This document shows, one piece after another, positions 12,130 through 24,051 of a stretch of DNA of 64,000 bases. Numbering within the stretch: position 1 is the stretch's first letter; each line of letters starts with the position of its first letter. The notes beneath the pieces were generated by a model that made no database searches, was not told the origin of the DNA, and saw only the letters and a list, made by a program, of their open reading frames with translations. The stretch is from Squalus acanthias. Taxonomy: Eukaryota. Position numbers and translations under genes: made by a program. The stretch is from positions 8,618,001 through 8,682,000 of the forward strand of contig CM059433.1 of assembly GCA_030390025.1 (NCBI GenBank), in the 5' to 3' direction.

Positions 12130-12924
12130 TGGCAGGAAGAATAGAAAAACAGAATATTTTTTTAAATGGTGAGAAACTTTCAAATGTTGGTGTTCAGAGA
12201 GATTTGGGTGTCCTCGTGCAAGAAACACAGAAAGCTAGCATGCAGGTACAGCAAGCAATAAGGAAGGCAAATGGCATGTTGGCCTTTATTGCAAGGGGGT
12301 TGGAGTATAAGAGTAAGGAAGTCTTGCTACAATTGTACAGGGCCTTGGTGAGACCACACCTGGAGTACTGTGCACAGTTTTGGTCTCCTTATCTAAGGAA
12401 GGATATACTTGCATTGGAGGCGGTGCAACGAAGGTTCACTAGATTGATTCCTGGGATGAAAGGGCTGTCCTATGAGGAGAGATTGTGTAGAATGGGCCTA
12501 TACTCTCTGGCGTTTAGAAGAATGAGAGGTGATCTCATTGAAACATACAAGATTCTGAAGGGGATTGATAGGGTAGATGCTGAGAGGTTGTTTCCCCTGG
12601 CTGGTGTGTCTAGAACTAGGAGGCATAGTCTCAGGATAAGGGGTCGGCCATTTAAGACCGAGATGAGGAGGAATTTCTTCACTCAGAGGGTTGTGAATCT
12701 TTGGAATTCTCTGCCCCAGAGGGCTGTGAATGCTGAGTCTTTGAGTATATTCAAGGCTGAGATCGATAGATTTTTGGACTCTAGGGGAATCAAGGGATAT
12801 GGAGATCGGGCGGGAAAGTGGAGTTGAGGTCGATGAACAGCCATGATCTTATTGAATGGCGGAGCAGGCTCGAGGGGCCGCATGGCCTACTCCTGCTCTT
12901 ATTTCTTATGTTCTTATGTTCTTA
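12130..12924 (+). mobile_element. CR1 LINE 3' fragment with intact RT C-terminal frame
   Basis: ORF 12021-12827: [40 protein letters not shown]; (ttcttatg)n tail. Confidence 0.95.
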
Positions 12925-13164
12925 AGCAGGAATATCTCTTGGCAATATTCTGGGGAAGGATCATGATCGAAACGTGAGCCTGGTCTTTTCTCCTTCGGAG
13001 GCCAGCTGACATGCTGTGTTTTTCCAGCATTCCCAGTTTATGGTCCAGATTTCTGGCATACATGACTCTCCTTTGATTAACACTATTTTGAACTCGGAAT
13101 ACAAATCAGAAGCACCCCTCAGACCTCGAAAAGTCAAAGCTAACATTGAAGAGAGTTAGATGAA

Positions 13165-13560
13165 TGCCTGGATTTCCCACAGGGGTTCCCACCATAACCA
13201 CAGTAGAAGATCGCGGGAATCCGCAGAGAAATGGCCGAAAATGGCCGCTCATGCCGTTTCTCCAGGGATTCTATGTCCAGGATGCAATGTTCCCGGCACT
13301 GACCTCCTATGCCACCTCTTGCCATTGCTGCCTGGCTACTTTTCTGAACATTCTTCAGCCCCCCAGCGGGAACAGCACCTCACTCCTTCGATGGTCCGCC
13401 TCTACCAGGACCCTCAATGCAGCATCTGAGACCCTGGGAGCCCTCACAGCAGCTGTTTCAGGCACGTCTGCAGTGTCCACAGCAGATTCCAGTGAGCAGC
13501 AACCAAAGCTCCTTCAAATAGGGTCATGGACACGTTATATTCAGGCCCTCTGATTAGGTG
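13165..13560 (-). mobile_element. Harbinger Myb/SANT (trihelix) ORF remnant
   Basis: Minus strand reads RAPRVSDAALRVLVEA..RRSEVLFP....WQEVA*EVSA, homologous to ORFs at 20032 and 43556. Confidence 0.7.
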
Positions 13561-13585
13561 AGCTGCCAATGAACAGTATGAGTAC

Positions 13586-14208
13586 ATAATAAGAACATAA
13601 GAACATAAGACGTAGGAGCAGGAGTCGGTCACTTGGCCCCTCGAGCCTGCTCCGCCATTCAATAAGATCATGGCTGATCTGATCTTGGCCTCAACTCCAC
13701 TTCCCTGCCTGCTCCCCATAACCCTCGACTCCCTTATCGTTCAAATATCTGTCTATCTCCACCTTAAATATATTCAATGACCCAGCATCCACAGCTCTCT
13801 GGGGAAGAGAATTCCAAAGATTCACGACCCTCTGAGAAAATAAATTCCTCCTCATTTCCAATTTAAAAGGGTGCCCCCTTATTCTGAAATTATGCCCCCT
13901 AGTTCTAGATTCCCCCATGAGAGGAAACATCCTCTCTGCATCTACCCTGTCAAGCCCCCTCAGGATCTTATACGTTTCAATAAGATCACCTCTCATTCTT
14001 TTAAACTACAATGAGTATAGGCCCAACCTGCTCAACCTTTCTTCATAAGACAACCCCCTCATCTCTGGAATCAACCTCGTGAACCTTCTCTGAACTGCCT
14101 CCAATGCAAGTATATGCCTCCATAAATAAGGAGACCAAAACTGCACGCGGTACTCCAGGTGTGGTCTCACAAACGCCCTGTACAGTTGTAACAGGACTTC
14201 CCTACTTT
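13586..14208 (-). mobile_element. CR1 LINE 3' fragment
   Basis: ORFs 13691-13996 and part of 14006-14341 are the CR1 RT C-terminus. Confidence 0.93.
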
Positions 14209-14312
14209 TGGCAGTCCACCTATTCAATGTTAATGAGCCAAGTGGACCAATTTCTCTGTTTAACGGCACCCACATGTTTAGGTGCAGGCCGCATATGCAG
14301 CAACAATTCAGC

Positions 14313-14443
14313 CCACCACCACACGGACTGCAGCGGTTCAAGAAGGCGGCTCACCGCCACCTTCTCGAGGGCAACTAGGGATGGGCAATAAATGCTGGGC
14401 CTTGCCAGCGACGCCCACATCCCATAAACGAATTTTTAAAAAA
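14313..14443 (+). mobile_element. 3' tail of the 557-1090 LINE family
   Basis: caccacacggactgcagcggttcaagaagg...gggatgggcaataaatg. Confidence 0.8.
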
Positions 14444-14534
14444 GCCCCCGAAAATGGGAAGTGTACCAATTTCTACCCCAGAACGTTGTAATTTAAAAAA
14501 AATAAAAAGCAAATAGATTCTGGGTGGTTGTGTG

Positions 14535-14790
14535 TGCGAGGAAACTTCCCTTTCACCTCTGGGGCACGGGATTCAATCCAGCCAGAGCAGCAGCCTTGCT
14601 CTAGCAGTAAGGGCTCGGAACGAAATACCAGCCTCCACCCAGTTCCCTGCTTCCACAAGCCCACGGCACTAGGACTGGCCGCAGTTTTACACTAATTGCT
14701 ACAAAACTGTTGCTCTCACTGAGAAAACGCATGGCTGCATGGTTTGGAATGGAAATGTCACACTGGCCAAGTGGGCAGTGCTCAACCGAG
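14535..14790 (+). mobile_element. Ancient LF-SINE-like element
   Basis: cctttcacctctggggcacgggattcaatccagccag, ccagttcc and cactaattg in the order I recall for the LF-SINE consensus. Confidence 0.5.
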
Positions 14791-14804
14791 GTTGGAGTTA
14801 AAGA

Positions 14805-15262
14805 TAAAAGAAAGCTCGTACTTATATAGCATCTTTCACGACAACCTAAAGCTCTTTACAGTCAATGAAGTACTTTTGAAGTGTCGTCACTGTTGTAATA
14901 GAGGAAACGCGGCAGTCGATTTACACACAGCGAGCTCCCACACCACGCAACGAGTTAAATGGTGTGTTTTGGTGATGTTGATTGAGGGATAAATATTGGC
15001 CAGGACACCGGGGATAACTCCCCTGCTCTTCTTCAAATTAGTGCCCATGGGGATCTTTTACATCCACCTGAGAGAGAGCAGACGGGGCCTCGGTTTAACG
15101 TTTCATCTGAAAGACGGCACCTCCGACAGTGCGGCACTCCCTCAGCACTGCACTGGAGTGACAGCCTAGCTTTATGTGCTCAAGTCCCTGGAGTGGGGAC
15201 TGTGAACCCACAACCTTCTGACTCAGAGGCAAGTGTGCTACCCACTGAGCCACAGCTGACAC
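14805..15262 (-). mobile_element. DeuSINE (SacSINE1-type)
   Basis: tRNA-like head (tggctcagtgg...ggttc), Deu core ggaggtgccgtctttc.gatga.acgttaaaccgaggcccc, L2-like tail. Confidence 0.9.
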
Positions 15263-15644
15263 CAAAGCTGATCTCTGCTTGACGTAGAATAGAAGAAACC
15301 CAATTATAGATGCATAACAAGGAACGGTGGTTTACAGAGGGGAAAAAGTATCGGTTAACGTGTGCAAAAACCCTCAAATAGCACAGTTCTGCCACAATGT
15401 TGATTCCGCCCCCCTCCCCCATAAAACCATCAATTCCTCTTTGTGCATTGAATCTGTGTAATTTGTTTTGAGAAGTACACAGTATTGAACCAAAATAAAG
15501 AATCCTTCTCTGTTTGAGGTAAGGACATTATGTCCTCATTCTTGCAGAAATCTGGGTTGATACATCAACATTCTATTAATATAAAAATGACAAGTGAGGA
15601 GGTTTACTGAACCATAACCATTGAGTGACATCAGACCTCATAAC

Positions 15645-16095
15645 CCGGATACGGTAGCATAGTGGTTATGTTCCTGGACTAATGATCCGGAGACGTGAGC
15701 TCATAATGCCACCACGGCAGCTGGGGAATTTAAATTCAGTTAATTAAATAAATCTGGAATAATTACTAGTATCAGTAATGGTGACCATGAAATTGTCAGG
15801 AAAAACCCATCTGGTTCACTAATGTCCTTTAGGGAAGGAAATCTGCCGTCCTTACCCGGTCTGGCCTATATGTGACTCCAGACCCACAGCAATGTGGTTG
15901 ACTCTTAACTGCCCCTCTGAAATGGTCTAGCAAGACACTCAGTTGTACCAAACCGCGACAACAAAGTCAGCCCTGTGGGAGTACCTTCACCATATGGCTC
16001 ACCAGCACCTTCTCAAGGGCAGTTAGGGATGGGCAATAAATGCCAGCCTGGCCAGCGATGTCCACATCCCAGGAACGAATAATAAAAAGAAAAAC
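15645..16095 (+). mobile_element. tRNA-head SINE sharing the tail of the 557-1090 LINE
   Basis: Head ggtagcatagtggttatg; body ctggttcactaatgtcctttagggaaggaaatctgcc; second copy at 49490-50082. Confidence 0.8.
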
Positions 16096-16224
16096 ATCAG
16101 GTTGAAGGACCAGTGGTTTATCAATGGATAAAGTAGCATATTTTTCAGGAAGTACAGTGCATTTGTAATATGGAAAATTATGTTGATTGTGCCAGCACGA
16201 TGACAGTTTCATCAGTGCCATCTT

Positions 16225-16428
16225 TAATATTTATCCCTCAACCAACAATTATCTGGGTCATTATCACATTGCTGTTTGTGGGAGCTTGCTGTGCGCAAAT
16301 TGGCTGCCGTGTTTCCCACATTACAACAGTGACTCCACTTCAAAAAAGTACTTCATTGGCTGTAAAGCGCTTTGAGACGTCCGGTGGTTGTGAAAGGCGC
16401 TATATAAATGCAAGTCTTTCTTTCTTTC
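16225..16428 (+). mobile_element. DeuSINE 3' half
   Basis: atatttatccctcaacc...gggagcttgctgtgcgcaaattggctgcc...tctttctttc. Confidence 0.88.
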
Positions 16429-17045
16429 ATCGTGGCTCGGAAGATCAAACGGTAAATTTTCTGAACTCACACTCCTGAATGGGACACAGAACTCACTGGG
16501 CTCTGCAGTAATTTCCCCTCCATTTGCTCAGGACACGTCCTCGGTACAATTTCAATTTTTATACTCCAGAGAAAAATGCAGAAGCTGGTCCACATCTGGA
16601 CACCTAATACATGTTAAGAACAAACTGAGCTGAGTACGCAAGATCGCTGGTTGTAGCACCCATTGTGATTGAACTACCTGCCGTGCGCCAGCCTATGGGA
16701 GCGGGCTGGCCTCCCCCCCGCCGGAACTCCCGAGATACATTGGCGGTCGGCACAGCCCGCTCCCAGGAGCACAGATTTGTCGATACTTGATTCTAAGGTT
16801 CAGTCAGCTCTCAGCAGCCACTTGCAGGAGTGATTTTGACAGAGGCTTTGGCGAAGCTCAGCTTGGGGAAATTGCACGGTGCAGGGAGACCAGAGAAGGG
16901 AGAGAAAATAACGCCCAAAAATGAAAGACATTTATTTTCCAATTAAACACCGTTCCCCGTTGTGTATTGTTTGCGCCGAGGGTTTTTAAGATATCTATTG
17001 CATTGGAGGAGGACATTTTAAAAGGAAATATGTGCCTACTATATG

Positions 17046-17275
17046 GAAGTCGCACAACACCAGGTTATAGTCCAACAGCTTTATTTGAAATCACAAGCTT
17101 TCGGAGCACTGCTCCTTCGTCAGGTGAAGTGAAGAGATGCATATAGGCACAGCATATATAGTTTGCCGTGATTATCTCTCTGCCGAGGTGTGATAAAGGG
17201 CAGTTGGAAAGATTAACTGTAATCATCTGGCAGTGTTCTCTGACTATATATGCTGTGCCTATATGCATCTCTTCA
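17046..17275 (-). mobile_element. Penelope-like terminal fragment with inversion
   Basis: Same terminal sequence as 55635-55843; perfect 33-bp inverted repeat 17130-17162 / 17243-17275. Confidence 0.75.
17090..17129 (-). ncRNA. Minimal hammerhead ribozyme motif (family B)
   Basis: UCAC-CUGACGA-A-GGAGC(AGU)GCUCC-GAAA-GC-UU-GUGA. Confidence 0.72.
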
Positions 17276-17399
17276 GTAATGAGAGGCACTAAGGGATTGC
17301 ACAAGGGTGAATAGTTAATATTTTTGGTGTAAATATGTTTTCACTGATTTTTGATAAATTTATTAATTCACTTACCATTCTTTTGTGGTGTCTGTCATT

Positions 17400-18263
17400 T
17401 CAGCTTTGCGGTATGATACAGCCTGCGAGAGGGATGGAATGATGGGGGTGTGGTGAGTAAAGGGGATCTGGGCTTTAAGTCATCCTGGTGTGAGGCTGGA
17501 GGTCTGTTTGGAAGAGGTGGCACAGTTCTGTGACCACCGCCTTGGTGATGCGGAGCCGTCTAATACACTACTCCTCACTTCATTGAAGGTAAGAGAAATG
17601 CTCTTGGAATAGCCTCGGAGGGTAAAGCCTCCTGGTGAGGGCCCTGATGTCCCTCCTCATCTCCCTGTGCACATGTTCCCGTATTTCTTGCTGTCTACGC
17701 TCCCTCCGCCGTAGATCCTGGAGGGCGAGGTCGACTGCCAGTACAGCCCCCATTAATGTAACCAAGTGTAGCAGATTGAATCTTTGAAGAATAAGTGTAG
17801 CTACCTTTTAGTTGCCAGAAGATTCCTGACACAAAAGAACCTTGAAATAACTGAATGAAACTGTTGCAGTGGGTGAAACTGACAAGAAACCACTGAAACT
17901 GCACCAACCTGACAGCTGCGAGTGATTACTGATGATCCCTTTAAATAACGTCCCTGGAGCCGGCTTCCTGCTGCTGCACACCAGCTCTTCCTGTCGGTGT
18001 TTACTCCAGGCGGTGAGGTAAGTGGTGAGAATCAATTCTTCAAATCAGGCGGTCAGTGAGCGTTGCACACTCGCTGACGTCACGATCTACCTGGTGTTGA
18101 TATTCCCGGCGATACCTTAAACATGAGACGCTACAGGGGGGTGGGGGGTGCGATTTGGTGTGCGGTGCCAGATTCACCTCACCTCGGCGATACTGGTCTC
18201 GTGCCCCATTAGCACCATCAACTGGCGCTAACAGGAGGTGCTAAGGTGACGAATTTTTCCCCC
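17400..18263 (-). mobile_element. Harbinger element end with decayed transposase N-terminus
   Basis: RRLYPPRLFQEHFSYLQ*SEE*CIRRLRITKAVVTELCHLF; TIR gaatttttccccc at the right edge. Confidence 0.75.
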
Positions 18264-18547
18264 ATAATAGTTAATTTAAAATATTTCCATGAACCATAGT
18301 CTTCAGTCAGATTATGGCACACCACTCCAAAAGATCCATTGGCAGTGTCTCAGAGTCCTTCCATCATCTGTGCAGATAATTTCTAATGCTGGTTACCATT
18401 TGAATAGCCGTCGAAATGTGTAAGACAAATCAAGGAAATACTGGGATATTAGTTCATGTGTCTGCGGCCATCTGTCCTGGAGTGTAGGCTCCTGAACTGA
18501 AATATACAAGAGGGAAAACTGGTGGGGGTCTACAAATCACTGGAAAG

Positions 18548-18997
18548 ACAACAACAACAAAAACTTCTATTTATATAGCGCCTTTAACATAGTAAAACGT
18601 CCCAAGGCGCTGCACAGGAGTATTTTAAGACAAAAAATTTGACACCGAGCCACATAAGGATAAATTAGGGCAGGTGACCAAAAGCTTGGTCAAAGAGGTA
18701 GGTTTTAAGGAGCGTCTTAAAGGAGGAAAGAGAGGTAGCGAGGTGGAGAGGTTTAGGCAGGGAATTCCAGAGCTTAGGGCCCAGGCAACAGAAGGCACAG
18801 CCACCAAAGGTTGAGCGATTATAATCAGGGATGCTCAAGAGGGCAGAATTTGAGGAGCGCAGATATCTCGGGGGGGTTGTGGGGCTGGAGGAGGTTACAG
18901 AGATAGGGAGGGGCGAGGCCATGGAGGGATTTGAAAACAAGGATGAGAATTTTGAAATCGAGGCGCTGCTTAACCGGGAGCCAATGTAGGTCAGCGG
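18548..18997 (-). mobile_element. L2 LINE 3' fragment
   Basis: ORF 18665-19000 nearly identical to 7529-7804. Confidence 0.9.
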
Positions 18998-19044
18998 CAT
19001 TCATGATACAGCACTGAGGACGATTAAAATAGTCTATCCAGTGA

Positions 19045-19305
19045 ATTCACTCCTCCAATTCTGGCTTCTTGCACATCCCTGATTTTAATCGTTCCACCAT
19101 TGGCGACTGTGCCTTCGGCTGCCTAAACGCTAAGCTCTGGAATTCCCTCTCCAAACCTCGCCACCTCTCTACCCCGCTCTTCTCCTTTAAGACGCTCCTT
19201 AAAATCTACCTCTTGGAGCAAGCTTTTGGTCATACGTCCTAATAGCTCCTGTGCATCGCCTTGGGACATTAAAGGCGCTATATAAATGCAAGATGTCGTT
19301 GTTGT
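19045..19305 (+). mobile_element. L2 LINE 3' fragment
   Basis: ctaagctctggaattccctc...aaaggcgctatataaatgcaag. Confidence 0.8.
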
Positions 19306-19565
19306 TCGAAAATAGGTTGTGAAGAGACAATCTTGTAGAATGTCCCGGTGTACCAATGGAATGTGGCGCGGGGAGGTTTGTGCCCTGAAGTAGCCGGCCT
19401 TGGGTTTCTGCCCATAACGCTCCACACGGAGCATTTCCATTCTTGCATTATCTACCAGAGGAAGGCATCAGTGTGGCAATATGCTCTCCCATAGGAAGGG
19501 AATGAAAGTTACAATGACCTGTGATTGTTCTGTGAACCTCTTCGTTACCCAATCTGGTAACATCA

Positions 19566-21809
19566 GGGCTGAGAAATTCGTGTAGGCCGAAAACCTGCCG
19601 GTGCCACCACGGGCCAAAGTTAACGGCCGCCCGCAATAATAGGAGCAGGCAGCCCCGGTATTTTGGTGCTGCTTGCTGATTAACCTTAGTGCAGCGCAAA
19701 ACAGACCGTGCAACACTCTTTTTCTGGCGGTAGTCTCAGCGGGAGGCCCAACGTAGCCTGGCCGTAGCGTCCCTGGAGCGAGGCAGCGTTGTCTTAAAGC
19801 GAGGCTGTCATTTTAGGAAGCAGTGTCGGCCCTTAAAGAGGAACTGCCTTCTAAAATGAAAAAAAAAAAAATCATTTAAAAATAGGCAATCTTTAGCCCT
19901 TAGCCCTCAACGGCCTTCTGAAGAAAAAAATTAACATTAAACATAATTCCGAAATGGCAGTCTTCAGCTCTTAAAGCTGAACTGCCTTCCACACGTACAA
20001 AAATGGTAAAAGTGATTCAGCACGAACACAAATGGCTCAACAAGCTAAGGAAGGGGCACCCAGGGTCTCACACATGGCACTCCAGCTTTTTGCAGGGAGT
20101 CAACCCTGTAAGAGATGTCCTCTTCCCACAGGGGCCGGGAGGTCCTTCAGAAAGAACAATGTGGGAGCATATCACCGAGGCTATCACTGCCAGCAGTGTC
20201 ACCCCAGGACCTGGCTCCAGTGCCCAAAGAAGCTTCATGACCTCAGGCCAGTGGTCAAGGTCAGTGAATGCATCTTCAAAAGCTGTCTCCTACCAACTGC
20301 ACCACTAGCCTCACGCACTGCTCAATCCATAACTCAACTCCCCAATCACTCACCTACCAGCAATTTGTACCAAACACGAGGCTCACCTCACATTCCTAAC
20401 TTCACCTCACCCCCTTGGAGGAGAAGGTGCTGGCCATTCCTGGCAAGGACATGGCTGAGCCCTTGACCAGCAACGGGGCTGAAAGGATACAAGATGCTGG
20501 TATCTTCATACGTTATCCTCCTTCTTACATCCCACTTCACCTTCATCCCACAAACTCTTCTGATTTACAAGGTGCACATGGTGTAAGCATGCAGCTCTTG
20601 CTTTCTCGCCCTCCCCTCACCACAACTCTACCCATGCCTACCTCATTTCACACACCCAAGAAATCCAGCCTGCTCAGCCAGAGGTTGACCAAGATGAGGG
20701 AGAGGAGAGTGAAGAAGAAGAAGAAACACCATCACTCGATTTCACACTCCCAGCCAACAGCTCCTTGAGGTCATTTTGCAAGGCCATTTGCAGTCTCCCC
20801 CACTGAAAGTCAGCAGCCTTCCACCAGCCATGCTGCAGTCACTGGGGTAGCACTGCGTGACATCACTAGAGCAGACAAAGGCACACACAAGACAGACTAT
20901 GGGAATGCACAAGGGTGATTAGTTGATTTCTTGATGTCATATTGGATGGATAGATGTATAAAGTTTGATTGGAAAGTTTGCTTTGTGGCGGCTTTCAGTT
21001 CAACATTGTGGCCAAGAGGGCGCTGTGATGGTCAGTAACAGAGGGAAGGTAAGGTGTGGGACAAATGTTGAAATGGAAATTGGGGCTGTGGTCACTGGTA
21101 CCACAGGCAGATGATTCCATCTTGGATATCCCGGCCAGAAAGGGGCTGTCTAGGTTGCATCCTTCCTTCCGCTTCCTCCTCTTCTGCGTCTTCCTCTTCC
21201 CTCTGCGAGCGGATGCTGGAAATCTGAAATTAAAGCAGAAAATGCTGGAAATACTCAGCAGTTCAGGCAGCATCTCGACCTGAGACGTTAACTCTGTTTC
21301 TCTCTCCACGGATGTTGCCTGAACTGCTGAGTATTTCCAGCATTTTCTGTCTTCTCAGGGGACTTCCTTTACCACCCGAAGCCTTGCAGGCATCCAGCAG
21401 CACTCCCTGCCCACTTTAACAACTTTTTAAATCTATTGCACCAAGCACTACTTCAATAAAATATTTTTTTTTTAAGTCCCAAAGCTTAAATGCAAACTTA
21501 CTTAAAGGATGTGTGTGTCCCTTTAAGAAACGCTGACAGCGTCTCATCAGGGCTGCTTCATGCACGCGTTTCTGTGCGTGCTTAGGACCCAGCGTTAAAG
21601 AGAGCGAGAACGTCCAAGTTTGCGGATGTGGCATCAAGTCGGGCGTTGTACGCTGATTGACGTCACGATCTGCGACTTTACATTTCAGGGGCTATGGACC
21701 TTACCAAAATGGCAGCCACCGTGTCCCGTGCCGGAGGTGAGGCGGCCGCCATTTTTTTCCAGAGAACCAGTGTTAACGGCCGGGGCTCAGGTAAGAAATT
21801 TCTGGGCCC
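19566..21809 (+). mobile_element. Internally deleted Harbinger element with Myb/SANT ORF remnant
   Basis: Imperfect TIRs gggctgagaaattc / gaaatttctgggccc; APRVSHMAL..RDVLFPQG..WEHITEAI..PRTWLQCPKKLHDL across frameshifts; homologous to 36066-37085. Confidence 0.75.
21209..21350. mobile_element. Fold-back Penelope terminal fragment nested in the Harbinger element
   Basis: ~39-bp inverted arms 21236-21274 / 21311-21349 of the family A terminal sequence. Confidence 0.75.
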
Positions 21810-21984
21810 AAAGGTCCATCCTCACGATGGAGCAAAACATAGGAATGCGCAACTTGGGAAATAAATTATTTTATTGCGATAAATACATTGAAAATCAAAG
21901 GCCAATTTATTTAAAATGTGCTTTCATCACCTTCCACAGTGGCTCAGCTGCTTAGGTTAGTGCGTAGCTCCAACACATGAACTA

Positions 21985-22250
21985 CCCATTGTCGGCCGTG
22001 CCTTCAGCCATCTAGGCCCTAAGCTCTGGGATTCCCTCCCTACAACCCCCTCAACCTCGCTCTTTTGCTTCAAGGCCCTCTTTAAAACCCACCTCTTCAA
22101 ACCAAACTATTAGCCGCCCCGCCCCGCCCCTAACATCTCCTTCTTTAGGCTCGGTGTTGATTTTTGTCTGATTCCCCCTGTGACGCGGCCTGGGTCAATT
22201 TTTCTACATTTAAAGGCGCTATATTGAATGCAAGTTGTTGTTGTTGTTGA
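21985..22250 (+). mobile_element. L2 LINE 3' fragment (older)
   Basis: ggccgtgccttcagc...ctaagctctgggattccc...(gtt)n tail. Confidence 0.75.
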
Positions 22251-22779
22251 CGGGAAAGATTCCGGGTTTGATCTCGGCTCTCTGCTGGATTCGTTGATCT
22301 CAGGTGTTACAAATATGAAACTTCAGAGCTACTGGAAAAAATGAAGTTATGTCCTTCTGCAACTGGATCTGTTCCGCGGCTGAGCTGAAAGTTGGCTCTT
22401 GATGGCCAAAGAAAAGAAAAAAAAAAAATCCTCAAGCTCGAGGCTTATATCAAGTTTGAAAAGAAATTAAAAACCAAGATGTTACTTCACCCTAAAGGGA
22501 CATTTTCTTCTTGGAGAAATCTTTGCGAACTCTCTCTTTTTATTTGTGGGGGAAGGTGTGCCATTTTCATCACAATGACAGCAGGCAAGTTTGACGTGAC
22601 TATCACGTGCCCAATAAAACAAATAGAAGAGAAGATTTGCCAAACCCTTTTTTCATGTAAAGGCTGACCCCTTAATAAACCGTTCAGTGATTTGCAGTAG
22701 AATGGGTTGAGCTATCAAGCAGCATGGTTGTGGATGAATGGTTGGGGACAAATGTAGAACCGTTTTTGGCATTAGGGTT

Positions 22780-23245
22780 AAAAGAAAGACCTGCATTTCT
22801 ATAGCGCCTTTCACGACCACCAAATGTCTCAAAGCGCTTTACAGCCAATGAAGTACTGTTGAAGTGTAGTCACTGTTGGAATGTGGGAAACGCGGCAGCC
22901 AATTAGCGCACAGCAAGATCCCACACACAGCAATGTGATAATGACCCAGATAATCTGTTATGTTGGTTGAGGGATAAATATTGGCCAGGACACCGGGGTA
23001 TAACTTACCCTGCTCTTCTTCGGAATAGTGCCTTGAGAATCTTTTACGTCCACCTGAGAGAACAGACGGGGCCTCGGTTTAACGTCTCATCCGAAAGACG
23101 GCACACTCTGACATTGCAGCGCCCCCTCAGCACTGCACTGGAGTGTCAGCCTAGTTTTATGTGCTCAAGTTCCATGGAGTGGGGACTTGAACCCACAACC
23201 TTCTGGCTTAGAGGAGAGTGCTACCCACTGAGCCACAGCTGACAC
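22780..23245 (-). mobile_element. DeuSINE, full length
   Basis: Head, Deu core and tail all present. Confidence 0.9.
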
Positions 23246-24051
23246 TAAAGGATTTATGTAGAAATAGGCTTCAGTGATGTCATTTTACAATGTCATAAAA
23301 GACAAGAAGTGTTTACTAATAGCTTAACCCATTCAACTGCAGATTGTTGGCTGAAGGTTAAATGGGCTTGGAAATGGAATTTTATTTTATGAGGTTTTAC
23401 ATACAGATCCAGATACCAGAAATTAATGTTTAAGCAATAACTTTTGACCATTTGACATTCATATAGACTCATACGTTACTATAAATATATAGGCGAATAA
23501 TTAATACAAATTACTCAACAGAGAAGTGTCCTACTAACGACCTGACGATCATTTTGAGGAACGACACCTGAAGGGCAAACAAGAGAACCGTGGGGGATGG
23601 GGAAGCAGGCGGCCTGCTTTGTAAACGTTTCTAGCCACGAAAAAAAAACCGGGTGACCACCAGTCAGCTGAATAAGATGATTTCTGGTTTTGACAATAAA
23701 ACACGATTATTCATTCTATTTGTTGTTAACAAAATAACAGATTGCTTAAATGTTTTTCTCTCTTCTCTGCGCTGATCCACCAATTGAAAATCACTGCACC
23801 ATCTCCTCTGGCACAGGAAGATAAACTTCAGCAGATGTTTGAGTTACACAACATGCAATGAACTCTGCATTTCACCACTTACCAAAATACTGTATTACAT
23901 GTTTACAAGCATTTGATTTATTTTTGCATTAGCAGCACATTTGAATGTTATTTAACTGTGTCTGAAGCAAATGAGGCTTTGTGACCATCCATGCTTAGCA
24001 ATCGCCTCTAGATTCTGAAGCCTATATGGAGGTAACTGGATGGGTGGTTGG

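Noticed and set aside
12021-12827. Longest ORF (268 aa) as a host gene
   Set aside because: It is a 5'-truncated CR1 RT C-terminus with a fortuitous upstream extension.
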